Origin: Chrysomallon squamiferum | Taxonomy: Eukaryota > Animalia > Mollusca | Direction of reading: 5' to 3' | Assembly: GCA_012295275.1 (NCBI GenBank) | Contig: CM022671.1 | Span: 36,804,530-36,868,529 of the forward strand | DNA: 64,000 nucleotides | In this document: in pieces, positions 61,401-64,000 of the stretch | Numbering within the stretch: the first letter of the stretch is position 1 | Layout: each line of letters opens with the position of its first letter | The notes under the pieces: model-generated | Seen by the model: only the letters and a program-made list of their open reading frames with translations | The model's database searches: none | Told to the model about the DNA's origin: nothing | Translations under genes and position numbers: made by a program

Positions 61401-63990
61401 CGCCGTCGGGGGGGGGCGAGTGTGGCAAAAACGTTTCCAACATTTACCAAAGGTGCTGCACCTTTTGAAAATGCGTTGAAAAAAAAAACGAGCAAATTTT
61501 CAAAAAAAACATGTGCGTTTTTGTGCACGTGTCGGAAACGAGTTGTTCCCCTTAGGGTGGGGCGTGCGGCACTTTTTTTGACCCGTGTGGGGCAACCCTT
61601 GCCCCTTACTTTTGGGTATGTGCGCCCGATTTTTCCACGTGCTCGGAAAAAGTTATTGCACTTTGAAAAAGGTACCCCTAGCATTTTCAACGAAACTTGA
61701 AAAAATTCGATTTTCAAAAGTTGAAAATCCGTGTGGCACTTTTCCGTTTGGTCGGGAAAAATATTTCGACGTGTGCAAAAGGTGCGCGCCGTCGGGGCGA
61801 GTGTGGCAAAAACGTTTCCAACATTTACCAAAGGTGCTGCACCTTTTGAAAATGCGTTTGAAAAAAAAACGAGCAAATTTTCAAAACATGTGCGTTTTTT
61901 GTGCACGTGTCGGAAACGAGTTGTTCCCCTTGGGTGGGGCGTGCGGCACTTTTGACCCGTGTGGGGCAACCCTTGCTTACTTTTTGGGTATGTGCGCCCG
62001 ATTTTTTCCACGTGCTCGGAAAAAGTTATTGCACTTTGAAAAAGGTACCCCTAGCATTTTCAACGAAACTTGAAAAAATTCGATTTTCAAAAGTTGAAAA
62101 TCCGTGTGGCACTTTTCCGTTTGGTCGGGAAAAATATTTCGACGTGTGCAAAAGGTGCGCGCCGTCGGGGCGAGTGTGGCAAAAACGTTTCCAACATTTA
62201 CCAAAGGTGCTGCACCTTTTGAAAATGCGTTTGAAAAAAAAACGAGCAAATTTTCAAAAACATGTGCGTTTTTTGTGCACGTGTCGGAAACGAGTTGTTC
62301 CCCTTGGGTGGGGCGTGCGGCTTTTGACCCGTGTGTGGGGCAACCCTTGCCTTACTTTTGGGTATGTGCGCCCGATTTTTCCACGTGCTCGGAAAAAGTT
62401 ATTGCACTTTGAAAAAGGTACCCCTAGCATTTTCAACGAAACTTGAAAAAATTCGATTTTCAAAAGTTGAAAATCCGTGTGGCACTTTTCCGTTTGGTCG
62501 GGAAAAATATTTCGACGTGTGCAAAAGGTGCGCGCCGTCGGGGCGAGTGTGGCAAAAACGTTTCCAACATTTACCAAAGGTGCTGCACCTTTTGAAAATG
62601 CGTTTGAAAAAAAAAACGAGCAAATTTTCAAAAACATGTGCGTTTTTTGTGCACGTGTCGGAAACGAGTTGTTCCCCTTGGGTGGGGCGTGCGGCACTTT
62701 TGACCCGTGTGGGGCAACCCTTGCCCCTTACTTTTGGGTATGTGCGCCCGATTTTTCCACGTGCTCGGAAAAAGTTATTGCACTTTGAAAAAGGTACCCC
62801 TAGCATTTTCAACGAAACTTGAAAAAATTCGATTTTCAAAAGTTGAAAATCCGTGTGGCACTTTTCCGTTTGGTCGGGAAAAATATTTCGACGTGTGCAA
62901 AAGGTGCGCGCCGTCGGGGCGAGTGTGGCAAAAACGTTTCCAACATTTACCAAAGGTGCTGCACCTTTTGAAAATGCGTTTGAAAAAAAAAACGAGCAAA
63001 TTTTCAAAAACATGTGCGTTTTTTGTGCACGTGTCGGAAACGAGTTGTTCCCCTTGGGTGGGGCGTGCGGCACTTTTGACCCGTGTGGGGCAACCCTTGC
63101 CCCACTTTTGGGTATGTGCGCCCGATTTTTCCCACGTGCTCGGAAAAAGTTATTGCACTTTGAAAAAGGTACCCCTAGCATTTTCAACGAAACTTGAAAA
63201 AATTCGATTTTCAAAAGTTGAAAATCCGTGTGGCACTTTTCCGTTTGGTCGGGAAAAATATTTCGACGTGTGCAAAACGTGCGCGCGCGCCGTCGGGGCG
63301 AGTGTGGCAAAAACGTTTCCAACATTTACCAAAGGTGCTGCACCTTTTGAAAATGCGTTTGAAAAAAAAACGAGCAAATTTTCAAAAAAACATGTGCGTT
63401 TTTTGTGCACGTGTCGGAAACGAGTTGTTCCCCTTGGGTGGGGCGTGCGGCACTTTTGACCCGTGTGGGGCAACCCTTGCCCTACTTTATTTTTGGGTAT
63501 GTGCGCCCGATTTTTCCCACGTGCTCGGAAAAAGTTATTGCACTTTGAAAAAGGTACCCCTAGCATTTTCAACGAAACTTGAAAAAATTCGATTTTCAAA
63601 AGTTGAAAATCCGTGTGGCACTTTTCCGTTTGGTCGGGAAAAATATTTCGACGTGTGCAAAAGGTGCGCGCCGTCGGGGCGAGTGTGGCAAAAACGTTTC
63701 CAACATTTACCAAAGGTGCTGCACCTTTTGAAAATGCGTTTGAAAAAAAACGAGCAAATTTTCAAAAACATGTGCGTTTTTTGTGCACGTGTCGGAAACG
63801 AGTTGTTCCCCTTGGGTGGGGCGTGCGGCACTTTTGACCCGTGTGGGGCAACCCTTGCCCCACTTTTGGGTATGTGCGCCCGATTTTTCCCACGTGCTCG
63901 GAAAAAGTTATTGCACTTTGAAAAAGGTACCCTAGCATTTTCAACGAAACTTGAAAAAATTCGATTTTTCAAAGAGTTGGGAATCCGTGC
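43489..63990 (+). repeat. 374-bp satellite DNA array, ~54-55 head-to-tail monomers
   Basis: Identical phase points at 43581, 43955, 44329 (period 374). Monomers are near identical apart from homopolymer-length noise, and the array continues to the window end. Confidence 0.99.
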
Positions 63991-64000
63991 TTGGCTGCCA

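Noticed and set aside
43263-64000. Numerous overlapping ORFs (up to 473 aa) on both strands of the satellite
   Set aside because: They are translations of a 374-bp non-triplet repeat with few stop codons. Frames shift at homopolymer variants and no domain is recognisable.

Overview
AT-rich, microsatellite-dense animal genomic DNA (invertebrate-like; TTAGGG-type telomere repeat present; no prokaryotic features) in three zones. (1) 1-11.6 kb: a nested macrosatellite whose ~0.85-1.75 kb units each comprise a (GA)n tract, a variable number of 103-bp subrepeats and an AT-rich block. A hAT (Charlie/Buster-type) remnant follows it. (2) ~12-43 kb: one protein-coding gene on the minus strand, an NFIL3/E4BP4/vrille-like bZIP factor whose CDS appears to lie in a single exon (19644-20807). 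Its flanks carry islands of D-box (TTAYGTAA), CRE and E-box motifs, some amplified inside minisatellites, plus an internally deleted Tc1 element. (3) 41.6-64 kb: degenerate interstitial telomere repeats fused to an orphan satellite fragment, then a fold-back inversion junction that opens a ~20.5 kb array of a 374-bp satellite. The monomer appears to be built of seven ~53-bp subunits and occurs as two variant blocks. The most notable signals are a candidate autoregulatory D-box architecture around the bZIP gene and the telomere / fold-back / satellite junction. Nearly all other ORFs in the track are repeat-derived and not credible. All motif and family calls were made by eye, without database searches.
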